This document shows, piece by piece, positions 1 through 9,072 of a DNA stretch of 47,534 nt. The stretch's first letter is position 1. Every line of letters begins with the position of its first letter. Origin of the DNA: a virus; IMG/VR virus record IMGVR_UViG_3300024520_000007, positions 1 to 47,534 of that record. The stretch is one strand, 5' to 3'. The translations under genes and the position numbers were made by a program. Under the pieces are notes generated by a model. It ran no database searches and was not told the origin of the DNA. It saw only the letters and a program-made list of their open reading frames with translations.

Positions 1-127
1 ACCACCACCAACGTGCCGATAGATAACTTGGCAGGGGGAGCGGTGACGGATGCTGATAAGGTTGGGGTACACGCTACCGCTAGTTGGTCGTATAGTAATA
101 AATTCGGCGCAAACGCTCAACAAGTGG
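1..127. repeat. Terminal direct repeat, copy 1 (identical to 47408..47534); circular-assembly overlap or terminal redundancy
   Basis: Read directly: nt 1..127 equal nt 47408..47534 base for base; the match stops exactly at the window ends. Confidence 0.95.
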
Positions 128-2466
128 GAGATATAACAACGGGAGACTTCACTGTTTCGTTATGGTTCAAAATGACCGCAAGTAGTTGGTATATCATAGA
201 TAAAAGGTACGGAAATTACGACTCAGGGTGGGATCTGTGGGTGAGTAGCGCAGGGGTTCACCCTTTGATAGAGGATAGTACTGCCACATCCGCTACTGGA
301 ACCGTTGCCGTCACTGGCTTGGACGATGGGAAATGGCATCATCTGATGGTGTCTTTTGATCGGTCAGGAGATGCCACTGTTTATACGGATGGTGTTGCCC
401 GAGGTACAGTTACTATCAGTGGGGCATCAGCAACCATAACCACCTCACAGCATTTATGGGTTGGTGGTGGAAGTTTAGGTGGTCTTCTTGATGGTACAGG
501 AAGTCTCCGAGATGTAGCCATTTGGAATTCAGCATTAACAGCCGCCAACGCTTTATCGTTAGCGACCAATCCTCTGAACGCTACAGCCGCCGTATCCATT
601 CCAGCATGGTGGTGGAAGATGGACGAAGCGTGGTCAGTGCAAGTAGCGGATTCGGGATCTGTTACGGGTGCGGATGTCCTCGGTGTTGTCGGCACTGTCA
701 CACGCACACAACTGGCATACATCAGCAAGAATCTGATCGCTGATGGCAACATGGAAAACGGTGGGATTGGTGGGTGGACGCCGCTGGACTCAGCCAGCCT
801 GTTGGCAAAAGAAAGCACCATCGTCCGAAAAGATGCAGAATCTCTAAAGATCACCAATGATGACGCAACCGTTTCAGGGGCAAGGCAAACAATTACTACG
901 GCATCTGGTGAGGATTGGGTAGTCCGTGATTGGGTTTATACTCCATCGGCAACCACCTATGCAGGAACCGAACAGCTTTTTGTAATCGATCAGGTCGTCA
1001 ACCAAAGTGCTACACCTAACGGTCAACTGGGTTCTGGGTTCACGGGTGACAATGCGTGGCATTTCACCGAGTTGTGTTTTGAAGCGGATCAAACTGATCC
1101 TGTCCTCATGCTTAGACCAGCATCTACAACAAGCGGTGATTCCATATACCACGATGCTACCCAACTCCTACCCAACCTCGTCAATAACGGCGGCATGGAA
1201 GGTACTTGGACAGGTGCGGCAGGGGCAGAAGTGCCACCAGATTGGAACAGGTTATATTCTCCAAATACCTATGAGATCACAAGCGGTCAGCATTCGGGGA
1301 GTGCCTGTTTGCAGATGGATAATGAATATGTCTATCAAACTTTGCCTGAATATTTAACCCTAGGAGATTTTTACGAAGTTTCGTGGTGGGTGAAAGTTGT
1401 GTCGGGGTCAGGTGGTTCCAGAATTCGCCTATACTCAGGTGCGCCATACGCCGCATGGGTTAAGGATGTTAGCGGCCCAACAGGGTCAGAGTCGGGATGG
1501 AACCGTTATTCTGAAATAGTCCAAGTGCCGACCACTTTGAGTTATGGGCAAGTGATCTCTTATCTTAGTTGTTGGGGCGGCATCGTGATCCAAGTCGATG
1601 ATGTATCAATCGTCCACCGTCCAGATCTCAGTCCAACGTTAACAGCCATGTCCACCAATTACCGTTACGAGCCGACCAGATTGGGCATGGGATATCACAC
1701 GGGCGGCAATGAGAACATGGTTTATGCGGCAGTCGGCAACAAGGGTCAGAGTGCTGGTCGTGTGGTGTTCCGTCCTCAGTTCCCGTATGACATTGGCGCA
1801 GGGACAAATAACTCCAAAAGCATCTTCGTCCATGCCGCTAATTCTACTAATTATATTGAACTGTTTTATTACGCACCGAATGACGAGTGGTGGTTTGCCA
1901 AGAATGCTAATGGCTCTTATGTCTATGCAAGATCTGTTCAACAGAATTTTAGTGCTAACGATGAGGTCGAGGTCGGTTGGTATACTGACCCCAGTTCGGG
2001 GATTCAAATATTTGTTAACGGAAGTGCTTCGGGGTCTACCATCAGTGCAAACACGGACTCACTGGCAACCAATCCGGCAACCCTGTATGTCGGCAATTAT
2101 TACAACTTTACACAACAGACAAACAACATCATCGACGATCTGGAAATCCTTACCAAGTCCATGCCAGCCGAATGGTTCGCTGAACAGTACGCCAAACGTC
2201 TAGCCAGTAAGAACCAGAATTTGTACTTGAGCTATTACGGTACATTGGATACGGGCGATATCCTTACATTGGATTGTGCTAGCACCAAAACTGTTACACG
2301 GGCAGAACTGTACGATGCTTCAGCGGGAACCCGTACATCAGCCATCAATAACGCCACTATTTACGGGTCGAAGATGCCGATCCTTTCGGAACGGAAATCC
2401 ATGTTGTACTTCCCTGCTACGATTAGTAACGGGGTAGATATTCACTTTAAAAAGTCGTGGCAATAA
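1..2466 (+). CDS. Continuation of the Dit-like protein: LamG-like, two CBM4/9-like and a third LamG-like module, then the Dit C-terminal domain
   Basis: Position 1 starts a codon of the same frame. The GTG at 13 in the ORF track is an artefact of the window edge. Motifs: SLRDVAIWNSALTAANA (LamG), NLIADGNMENGGIGGW and NLVNNGGMEGTW (CBM-type openings), NNIIDDLEILTKSMPAEW (LamG). Confidence 0.8.
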   Translation, partial: TTTNVPIDNLAGGAVTDADKVGVHATASWSYSNKFGANAQQVGDITTGDFTVSLWFKMTASSWYIIDKRYGNYDSGWDLWVSSAGVHPLIEDSTATSATGTVAVTGLDDGKWHHLMVSFDRSGDATVYTDGVARGTVTISGASATITTSQHLWVGGGSLGGLLDGTGSLRDVAIWNSALTAANALSLATNPLNATAAVSIPAWWWKMDEAWSVQVADSGSVTGADVLGVVGTVTRTQLAYISKNLIADGNMENGGIGGWTPLDSASLLAKESTIVRKDAESLKITNDDATVSGARQTITTASGEDWVVRDWVYTPSATTYAGTEQLFVIDQVVNQSATPNGQLGSGFTGDNAWHFTELCFEADQTDPVLMLRPASTTSGDSIYHDATQLLPNLVNNGGMEGTWTGAAGAEVPPDWNRLYSPNTYEITSGQHSGSACLQMDNEYVYQTLPEYLTLGDFYEVSWWVKVVSGSGGSRIRLYSGAPYAAWVKDVSGPTGSESGWNRYSEIVQVPTTLSYGQVISYLSCWGGIVIQVDDVSIVHRPDLSPTLTAMSTNYRYEPTRLGMGYHTGGNENMVYAAVGNKGQSAGRVVFRPQFPYDIGAGTNNSKSIFVHAANSTNYIELFYYAPNDEWWFAKNANGSYVYARSVQQNFSANDEVEVGWYTDPSSGIQIFVNGSASGSTISANTDSLATNPATLYVGNYYNFTQQTNNIIDDLEILTKSMPAEWFAEQYAKRLASKNQNLYLSYYGTLDTGDILTLDCASTKTVTRAELYDASAGTRTSAINNATIYGSKMPILSERKSMLYFPATISNGVDIHFKKSWQ

Positions 2467-5400
2467 ATGAATAATTATCGTTTAGAATTGTGGGATAGGG
2501 AACACCGTGAACGGTTGGCATTTCTGGATGCTGTGGATCAGGGTAGCGTCCAGATAACCGAAAAGCTGAACGGTCAGCATACCCTGACATTTCGGTTGGC
2601 TCAGGACGACCCAATAGCCATTTATAAAGAAGGTCAAATTGACCCCGCCCAACTTCCTACCTATCAAAGATTCTTGCAACCCCGACAGATTGTGCGGTTG
2701 GTGGATAACAGGGTAACGGAATGGCGGTCAACTGATTTCAATAGTTTCGGCTCCAATTACATTGACTTTTCCGCTCCTACCGATGTTAGCGATATAGCCG
2801 TAAACGACTATATCCATCTGGCTACCGTTTCTCCTACCAATCCATATATAACCAAAATAGAAAGCATTGATTCCGCTAACCGTAAACTGTATGTCAGCCG
2901 TGATCCTACCCGTTACATTGCTGACCAATATACAGGGGTGGTAGCTACCCGTAACAAGTTTGATTTCTTTAGGATCAACCGTATCAGGCAGACACGGGAC
3001 GATTCGGGGGTGATGTTTGTTAATATCGAATGCGAACACCATTCTTACGATATGCTTGACCGTCCGTTTCTGAAAGGAGCCAGAAGCGATTTGAGTTACA
3101 GTCAGGATCAGTATGGGGGAAGTGTTCAAGCGGTCACAGTCTCAGCCAGCACGGTAGTAAATGATGTTATCAGCAATTTCGATAAACTGTCCACCACCAT
3201 GCCAGCCGATGCACCTTGGCTCTCCAAAACGGATACCACCAGTTTCGGGGTAGGAACCATCGATTTCACTTCGGAACGGGAAATGACTTTCAACCGTGAT
3301 ACCTGTCTTGATGCCTTGCGTAAAATCCGACAGGCGTGGGAAGGGGATTTGAAGTTCAACTTGGACGGTACGGTAGATTTGCTATATATGCAGGGGCAAT
3401 TTAGTAACCTTCAAGTCGATTACGGTAAGAACCTCAATTCCGTGTCCAAGGAAACAGATATTTCGAGTATGTTCAACGTGGTTTATCCCGTAGGGGCATC
3501 CAGTGCATGGGAAGATAATTACTCTGGCATATATGGCACAGCAGGGTCAGTCACGGCATCTTTGGAACCGACGAAGGATGTTTTGACCTTGGCATCAGGG
3601 GATGCTAAAAAGTTCCGTTACGGTGACATTCTGGCTGTCTGGGATGGAGCCAAGCAGATCACTACCACAGGAGCAACCGATTCTACCATTACAGGTGATC
3701 TTGCTACAGCGGGATGGGTATCGGGAGAATTGGTGGGAACCAATATTCTTGTCACTTCTGGAAGCGGTACGGGACAAATGCGGCAAGTGGTTTCTAATAG
3801 CACCAATACCATCACGGTAGATAGGAAATTTGACATTACGCCCAGTGTCAGCGGCACGTTCTGGACAGCACGGCATATACACATAACCGATTTATTGGCA
3901 TTCGGAATCAAGAAAGCAACGGTCACAACTGCAACAGCTTCCACAGTGACTCAGGCTGACCACACTTTGACGGTAAACGAATATTCCTCTGGACAGATAA
4001 CTATTATTGAGGGGTTGGGTGTAGGGCAACGAAGGATGATTTCATCCAATTCCGCTACGGTATTCACTATCGCTCCTGATTGGGATACTCAGCCAGATAC
4101 TACCAGCATTATCGAATTCAAAGCTCCACATACCTACGGGGCAATAGCCACCAACGAACAGATCTCCGTTTCCCCGTTACCTGTACCTCCAGCCAATAAT
4201 TCGTATGTGGTCAGTCTTGATGCAGAGGAACCGTTACGGGTAGGTAAATCATATGATTTCCGTAGCCATGTTTCAGAATACAAAGTTCCCACCGTTTCTA
4301 CTGCATTGACTACTATTAGTATGCCAGTGGTGAACAATGTATCGGAAGCCAAGAAATTCTTGGATAACAAGGTGCATTCAATAGCGGTTTACGAAACCAT
4401 TTTGTCATCGTTGGGCATCCCATTACGCAAAAGCCTAGAGACAACAATCACATCCGTTTCCTATCAAACAGGCGCACCTTATGCGGGATATCTTATTTGT
4501 CCGTATAAACCGTTGACTTCCGTGCCAAGCGGTTACGGTACGACAGCCAGTTCACCAAGTGAATATTCCCGTGTGGAAGCCTTGAGCCTGTATGATTCGA
4601 CCTCGGTGACATCGTGGGGAGCCATTGCCAAGACCTACGCCCAGTTCGACCAGCATTCAGCGTTGATGCTTGGCGAGGACGCTAAACGCACGTTAGGATT
4701 GAACTCTTTTCCCAAGGCAAGATTTACGTTTCGTATTGGTGATCTGTACGAATTTGATTATCTCCAGTTTTCTCAGGATGAAGTCAAGGTAGGTGATCTG
4801 TTCCAATTCAGTGATACGACAGGGAATAGAGGGTTGACAGGCACAGGGCAAATTAGACCCCCTCACCTTGGTTACACGCAACAAATGCTTTATGATTCTA
4901 TCACCACCGATGCCAGTTCAACTTATTCTGTGATAGCGGTCAATTCAACTTATACTTCCAATTGGTTGACAGGGCAGTTTCACGGGTACATGGCTTATGT
5001 GGTTCCGTTGGATCTTTCGGGAACCGATGTTCTGCCTATCGTCACCAATACGGAAACGCTACTGATAACCCAAAAAATAGATAGCAGTTTGGGTGCGGGT
5101 GCAGGGTTGATGTCAATAGATTTCGGTATGAGGATCAACAGCAAAACATGGAACCCGTTCCAGCCCGATAATTTACAAATAGAGGTATCTCACGGCACTC
5201 CCATCAATTTCTATGATGATATTAATGCCATTATGAAGAAACAGAAAGAGGGTAGCGGGGTGCAACCCGAAACAGCCTTAGCCAGAACGCAACAGGCAAC
5301 GTGTAGTTTCTGGGATTTCAATAAACGGCAATGCGGTAGAACTCAATATCCTAACTGGTTTTGCCAATCGGAACAATCTAACCGTGACGGCAAGATGACA

Positions 5401-5817
5401 GCCGAGCTTCACCCTCTCACCAAAGCGCATTGCACGGCACACAGGCCATTGGATCAGAAGCTGTTGGCAACGGATGAAAAGGTGGAGAGCTTTGCCGATG
5501 TCATCAGTTCCAACGAAACGTTTGATAACACCAACCGATTGACTGTCAATACTGACTTCATCGTTTTCAAAGATTCATGTACGATAGTTCTTGATGGGAT
5601 AATCCAATACGGGATTCCAGCAAACATTCCTTCTCCAGAAGCTATCGACTACCGAATCCAAACCTACGACAATGGAGAAGTAGTGCCGACCAATTTGGAA
5701 ACTTTAACAGGATGCTATATCCAGTACCGTAACCCTCCGGGCGAGGTGGATTGTAGTGTTTGGTTGACTGCTACTATCAGGGGTAGCGGAGCGGGAGTTT
5801 TTAATTATGTGGGTTGA
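2467..5817 (+). CDS. Tal-like tail-tip / tail fibre protein (1116 aa)
   Basis: ATG lies immediately after the Dit stop (taaATG). The N-terminus MNNYRLELWDREHRERLAFLD...LNGQHTLTFRL resembles siphovirus tail-tip N-domains. Gene order is TMP-Dit-Tal. Confidence 0.6.
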   Translation: MNNYRLELWDREHRERLAFLDAVDQGSVQITEKLNGQHTLTFRLAQDDPIAIYKEGQIDPAQLPTYQRFLQPRQIVRLVDNRVTEWRSTDFNSFGSNYIDFSAPTDVSDIAVNDYIHLATVSPTNPYITKIESIDSANRKLYVSRDPTRYIADQYTGVVATRNKFDFFRINRIRQTRDDSGVMFVNIECEHHSYDMLDRPFLKGARSDLSYSQDQYGGSVQAVTVSASTVVNDVISNFDKLSTTMPADAPWLSKTDTTSFGVGTIDFTSEREMTFNRDTCLDALRKIRQAWEGDLKFNLDGTVDLLYMQGQFSNLQVDYGKNLNSVSKETDISSMFNVVYPVGASSAWEDNYSGIYGTAGSVTASLEPTKDVLTLASGDAKKFRYGDILAVWDGAKQITTTGATDSTITGDLATAGWVSGELVGTNILVTSGSGTGQMRQVVSNSTNTITVDRKFDITPSVSGTFWTARHIHITDLLAFGIKKATVTTATASTVTQADHTLTVNEYSSGQITIIEGLGVGQRRMISSNSATVFTIAPDWDTQPDTTSIIEFKAPHTYGAIATNEQISVSPLPVPPANNSYVVSLDAEEPLRVGKSYDFRSHVSEYKVPTVSTALTTISMPVVNNVSEAKKFLDNKVHSIAVYETILSSLGIPLRKSLETTITSVSYQTGAPYAGYLICPYKPLTSVPSGYGTTASSPSEYSRVEALSLYDSTSVTSWGAIAKTYAQFDQHSALMLGEDAKRTLGLNSFPKARFTFRIGDLYEFDYLQFSQDEVKVGDLFQFSDTTGNRGLTGTGQIRPPHLGYTQQMLYDSITTDASSTYSVIAVNSTYTSNWLTGQFHGYMAYVVPLDLSGTDVLPIVTNTETLLITQKIDSSLGAGAGLMSIDFGMRINSKTWNPFQPDNLQIEVSHGTPINFYDDINAIMKKQKEGSGVQPETALARTQQATCSFWDFNKRQCGRTQYPNWFCQSEQSNRDGKMTAELHPLTKAHCTAHRPLDQKLLATDEKVESFADVISSNETFDNTNRLTVNTDFIVFKDSCTIVLDGIIQYGIPANIPSPEAIDYRIQTYDNGEVVPTNLETLTGCYIQYRNPPGEVDCSVWLTATIRGSGAGVFNYVG

Positions 5818-5819
5818 GA

Positions 5820-5948
5820 ATGAAGCTGAGTGAGTTAAAGTTTACCGTGGTGATAGATACTTTTGATGTGTTGTTGGTCTTCCTAACGATAACGGCTACG
5901 GTTTCAGTGGCTTTACTGGTAGCACGTAAAATTCTGGATAAAGGGTAA
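5820..5948 (+). CDS. Small predicted membrane peptide (42 aa)
   Basis: ATG lies 2 nt after the Tal stop; hydrophobic stretch VLLVFLTITATVSVALLVA. Below the ORF-track size cutoff, translated by hand. Confidence 0.3.
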   Translation: MKLSELKFTVVIDTFDVLLVFLTITATVSVALLVARKILDKG

Positions 5949-6028
5949 TGTTAGACGGAATCATATTGGTAGCAATGGCATTCGGCGTAATGGTCACCTT
6001 ACGCTGGTTTATTAATAATATTTACAAA
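5948..6028 (+). CDS. Small predicted membrane peptide (26 aa)
   Basis: taATG overlap with the previous ORF; sequence MLDGIILVAMAFGVMVTLRWFINNIYK. Confidence 0.25.
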
Positions 6029-6049
6029 TAAAGTGGAGAACGATCCAGT

Positions 6050-6253
6050 ATGGAAACCATCGAAAATGTCGAATTCAGTTACGGTGAATTGAAAGAATAT
6101 ATCCTGATTAGGGAAAAGGGTTGGTCAGGGGAAGATATCAACCTATTATTAACAGAAAGTGATTTCAAGGTTTTGAGGGAACGGGCTGAGAAGATGGCGC
6201 ACATTATTCCTGACAGCAACGGCGGTGGGTTCCTGTCACGGTGGTTCGCATGA
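6050..6253 (+). CDS. Hypothetical protein (67 aa)
   Basis: ORF track; ATGA overlap with the next gene. Confidence 0.5.
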   Translation: METIENVEFSYGELKEYILIREKGWSGEDINLLLTESDFKVLRERAEKMAHIIPDSNGGGFLSRWFA

Positions 6254-6612
6254 TTGCATTCCGATACAAAGCCATTCTACGCAGAATTGTGGACGGCGAT
6301 ACCCTGATTTGTGATGTGGACTTGGGGTTCAAAGTCTACACGACTCAAAGGGTACGATTATGGGGAATCAATACACCAGAAACCCGTACCCGCAACTTGG
6401 AGCAAAAGAAGAAGGGATTAGCGGCAAAGGAACGGCTGACAGAAATAATGGAATCGGTGGAAACCTTCTATTTGGAATCGCATGAGGTAGGCAAATATGG
6501 TAGATGTTTGGGATCGCTTTTCCTACAGGAAGATTTCAGTAAATCCATAAATGAACAGTTAGTGGAAGAAGGTCATGCCGTGGAGTACTTCGGGGGAAGG
6601 AGATACCGATAA
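6250..6612 (+). CDS. Staphylococcal (micrococcal) nuclease-like protein
   Basis: Motif VDGDTLICDVD...RVRLWGINTPE is typical of the SNase fold. ATG 6250 overlaps the upstream TGA (ATGA), so it is preferred over the GTG at 6241. Confidence 0.7.
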   Translation: MIAFRYKAILRRIVDGDTLICDVDLGFKVYTTQRVRLWGINTPETRTRNLEQKKKGLAAKERLTEIMESVETFYLESHEVGKYGRCLGSLFLQEDFSKSINEQLVEEGHAVEYFGGRRYR

Positions 6613-6695
6613 TGGAAGCCCTTACAATTTTAGTTGTATTAGTGGTTTGTGTGCTTGGGGGAGTGTTCTTCATCAGGATGGTACAAGGGAAATGA
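6612..6695 (+). CDS. Small predicted membrane peptide (27 aa)
   Basis: taATG overlap upstream and ATGA overlap downstream; sequence MEALTILVVLVVCVLGGVFFIRMVQGK. Confidence 0.3.
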   Translation: MEALTILVVLVVCVLGGVFFIRMVQGK

Positions 6696-6904
6696 AGCAT
6701 GGAGAAAGGCTGAAAACGTTTCGTATCACTTACACCAAATCCACAGAACATATCGTGGAACTGGAAGCATCCTCCGCATCAAAGGCATGGGAAAAAATAA
6801 AATCCAAAACCTACAAAGCCGTCTGGGAACATGAAGGCAACCTAGTTTTTGATGTCAAAACAACAGAAGAAATCACCAAACACATTGCCAGCAACCCAAA
6901 ATAA
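6692..6904 (+). CDS. Hypothetical protein (70 aa)
   Basis: Internal ATG of track ORF 6575..6904, translationally coupled to the upstream peptide. Confidence 0.5.
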   Translation: MKHGERLKTFRITYTKSTEHIVELEASSASKAWEKIKSKTYKAVWEHEGNLVFDVKTTEEITKHIASNPK

Positions 6905-6915
6905 TTGGAGGGAAA

Positions 6916-7113
6916 ATGGCTTTATCATCGAAGCGAAGGCGTAAATTACCTGACAAGGATTTTGCGTTTCGTAAATCACGCAAGTATCCAATCCAAAGTC
7001 TCAAGCAAGCCAAGCTCGCTCTGTCGATGGGCAAGGGGCGTCTGACCGCTTCTGAGTATAAATATCTCAGGGGTCAAGTGACGAAAAGATACCCTAGCTT
7101 AAAATCAAAATAA
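6916..7113 (+). CDS. Small basic protein (65 aa)
   Basis: RBS ttGGAGGGaaaATG; sequence KRRRKLPDKDFAFRKSRKYPI. Confidence 0.5.
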   Translation: MALSSKRRRKLPDKDFAFRKSRKYPIQSLKQAKLALSMGKGRLTASEYKYLRGQVTKRYPSLKSK

Positions 7114-7445
7114 TGGAATCAGAAATAGATTTTGCCCATGAACCAGTTAAGGAAAATCAGCAACCGAACGGCAGACGGCACGAAATCAATCTGCAATTAG
7201 TGAAACTGATCCAGCAGAGAGAAGGCAGAAAGTTTTATCTTAGCATTTTTCTGGTATCTATCCTGTTCGTCATAATCGCCCTGATGATGATTTTTCAAGC
7301 GTTCCAATTGGATATCACGGCTGGCTGGAAAGAAATCTTGTTGGTGCTTGTGGGCGTTTTGTCGGTTAGCCTTAGTAAGCTCATAGATCACTGGTATGCC
7401 AATGATGAACGTGAAAGCGATTTACTTGAAAGCGCACAAGATTGA
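7113..7445 (+). CDS. Membrane protein (110 aa)
   Basis: taATG overlap; two hydrophobic spans (FYLSIFLVSILFVIIALMMIF, ILLVLVGVLSVSL). Confidence 0.55.
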   Translation: MESEIDFAHEPVKENQQPNGRRHEINLQLVKLIQQREGRKFYLSIFLVSILFVIIALMMIFQAFQLDITAGWKEILLVLVGVLSVSLSKLIDHWYANDERESDLLESAQD

Positions 7446-7459
7446 TAACGAGATTCCAG

Positions 7460-7780
7460 ATGGCAAAAAAAATGAACCGCAACCATATCGACGAAGACAG
7501 AGACAGATTGTTTGAGACACTTGATGAAATAAAGAGGGAGATAGCTGTTCTCCAAACAGAGGTCAAACGGGAGATAGCTGTTCTCCAGACAGAGGTTGCC
7601 ACCATCAAAAAAGTTGTGGTAGGTAACGGTCAACCGCCATTAGAGAAACGGCTGTCCTCCCTTGAATCTGAACTGAAGCAAATACAGAGCCAATCAGCCA
7701 AGTCGTGGCAATTCATTGTCGCTATATCGGCGGCGGTCGGCTCCGTGCTACTGACATTTATTTTAAATGTACTGAGGTAA
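7460..7780 (+). CDS. Coiled-coil protein with a C-terminal membrane anchor
   Basis: ATG 7460 (a TTG at 7442 is also possible); internal duplication REIAVLQTEVK x2; C-terminus FIVAISAAVGSVLLTFILNVL. Confidence 0.55.
   Translation: MAKKMNRNHIDEDRDRLFETLDEIKREIAVLQTEVKREIAVLQTEVATIKKVVVGNGQPPLEKRLSSLESELKQIQSQSAKSWQFIVAISAAVGSVLLTFILNVLR
7536..7601. repeat. 33-bp tandem duplication inside the CDS
   Basis: gggagatagctgttctccaaacagaggtcaaac / gggagatagctgttctccagacagaggttgcca. Confidence 0.85.
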
Positions 7781-7782
7781 AA

Positions 7783-7962
7783 ATGAGTTGGACAGATAAA
7801 ATACTTAGAAGCGTGAATACGGACGAAATAGTGAGTGAAGTGGCTGATAAAATCATGGATACCCTTGACCTAGATGAGTTTGTGAAAGGGTTACAGGAAA
7901 AGTTGGTTAGTACACTGATTGACAGGATAACCGCCAACCTAAGTGAAGCCATAAAAAAATGA
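7783..7962 (+). CDS. Hypothetical protein (59 aa)
   Basis: ATG lies 2 nt after the upstream stop, with gaGGtaaaaATG upstream. Confidence 0.45.
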   Translation: MSWTDKILRSVNTDEIVSEVADKIMDTLDLDEFVKGLQEKLVSTLIDRITANLSEAIKK

Positions 7963-7963
7963 G

Positions 7964-8221
7964 ATGCTTGGACTTAAAGACGATCTTAACGAACTGCACC
8001 CACTGGAAAAGGAAGCCCACGATAAAGACCGCAAAAGTGCTATCACGGGAACCCTCGCCGTTACTTCAACAGCGGCAGGGTCAGCCATGATGGAACTGGT
8101 AAATGAAGCACTCCCGTTTGAATATTTTGCTTCGGCTGGAGCAGTCGGGTTCATAGGGTGGGCAATTGTGAAGGTGTTCATGGTTGAAGCGGAAGCTGGA
8201 TTGGAACATTATTTAGAGTAA
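7964..8221 (+). CDS. Hypothetical membrane protein (85 aa)
   Basis: ORF track; hydrophobic segments AVTSTAAGSAMMELV and AGAVGFIGWAIVKVFMV. Confidence 0.5.
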   Translation: MLGLKDDLNELHPLEKEAHDKDRKSAITGTLAVTSTAAGSAMMELVNEALPFEYFASAGAVGFIGWAIVKVFMVEAEAGLEHYLE

Positions 8222-8226
8222 ATGGT

Positions 8227-8255
8227 TTGACACAATTCGCCTTTCGTGATAGGAT
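8227..8255 (+). promoter_or_regulatory. Candidate sigma70 promoter (TTGACA-17-TGaTAGGAT)
   Basis: Consensus -35 at 8227..8232, a 17-nt spacer, an extended -10 TG, and TAGGAT at 8250..8255. Confidence 0.35.
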
Positions 8256-8460
8256 GTTGGGTGTTATCGATTACCTTATCGTTAATTGTAGCTACCTAGC
8301 GTTTTGACCTCGCCGTAATGGTAGCCCTCTAATTTGTATGATCCTTTCCTATACAGGTGGGATGTTAGAAAAAACGGTCAAAATAATTGGTGTCAGCAAA
8401 CGCTAAAAGCCCTTACGGCTTACGAGTGCCTGATCCAGTTCTGATTAGTATTTTTTCCTC

Positions 8461-8505
8461 AGCCCTCGGTTATATTGCTCCTTATCTGATCGGGGGCTTT
8501 TTTAT
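8461..8505 (+). terminator. Candidate intrinsic terminator for rightward transcription
   Basis: AGCCCTCG ... CGGGGGCT stem (one G-U pair) followed by TTTTTTATT. The 22-nt loop makes it weak. Confidence 0.4.
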
Positions 8506-8858
8506 TGGTGACCGAATCTCAGCCTGAGCGTATCCCACCACCCTTTCGGTTGCGTCTGGTCGGTAATCAACTCCAGCTTTTCGTGCATCTGGGCCAGCAG
8601 TATATCCTTCCTGTTTTCCGATTCCTTTAACATTGTTCTCATCTCTGTAAGCTCTGTCCGTAGATACTCATTCTCAGACTGCAACTGGGTTACCAATGTG
8701 TTGTCAACCTGATTGCCAACCGCTCCTTCTCTCACCATCCATTTCCCGTCCACCTGTTCCGCTTCCAGCGTGCCACGTTGGATTCTAGCATACAGCGTTT
8801 GTGTTGATACTCCTTGCTGTCGGGAAAGTTCCTGTACCGAAATGTAGCCGTTTTCCAT
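8502..8858 (-). CDS. HTH (MerR/excisionase-type) DNA-binding regulator with a coiled-coil tail; the only leftward gene
   Basis: YISVQELSRQQGVSTQTLYARIQRGTLEAEQVDGKWMV; AGGAG RBS 6 nt upstream on the - strand; divergent from early promoter P1. Confidence 0.75.
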   Translation of the reverse strand: MENGYISVQELSRQQGVSTQTLYARIQRGTLEAEQVDGKWMVREGAVGNQVDNTLVTQLQSENEYLRTELTEMRTMLKESENRKDILLAQMHEKLELITDQTQPKGWWDTLRLRFGHQ

Positions 8859-8868
8859 CCTAATCTCC

Positions 8869-8912
8869 TAATGGACTTATTGGCTCCTCAGAACCCGTTA
8901 ATAAGTCCATTA
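8869..8912. promoter_or_regulatory. 13-bp perfect inverted repeat (TAATGGACTTATT-N18-AATAAGTCCATTA); operator or 5'-UTR hairpin
   Basis: Read directly; it abuts the RBS of the leftward regulator. Confidence 0.4.
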
Positions 8913-9013
8913 CCAAATCTGTTGCCATTGATATTGACAACGTGGTTGGCTCCGAACGGTTGCAAAAAAAGACGTTTTTTTTGCCTTTCTACCTGTATTT
9001 CTATCATTTTAGC

Positions 9014-9042
9014 TTGCAACATGGGAAGCTAGATGCTATAAT
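9014..9042 (+). promoter_or_regulatory. Early promoter P1 (TTGCAA-17-TGcTATAAT)
   Basis: -35 at 9014..9019, 17-nt spacer, extended -10 TG, TATAAT at 9037..9042. A near-identical block recurs at 12142..12170. Confidence 0.7.
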
Positions 9043-9072
9043 AAGAACATGAAACAACAAAGGAGAGAATCA

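Noticed and set aside
13-2466. GTG start at 13 for the 817-aa ORF
   Set aside because: This is a window-edge artefact. The frame is open to nt 1 and continues from 45575 through the 127-nt overlap.
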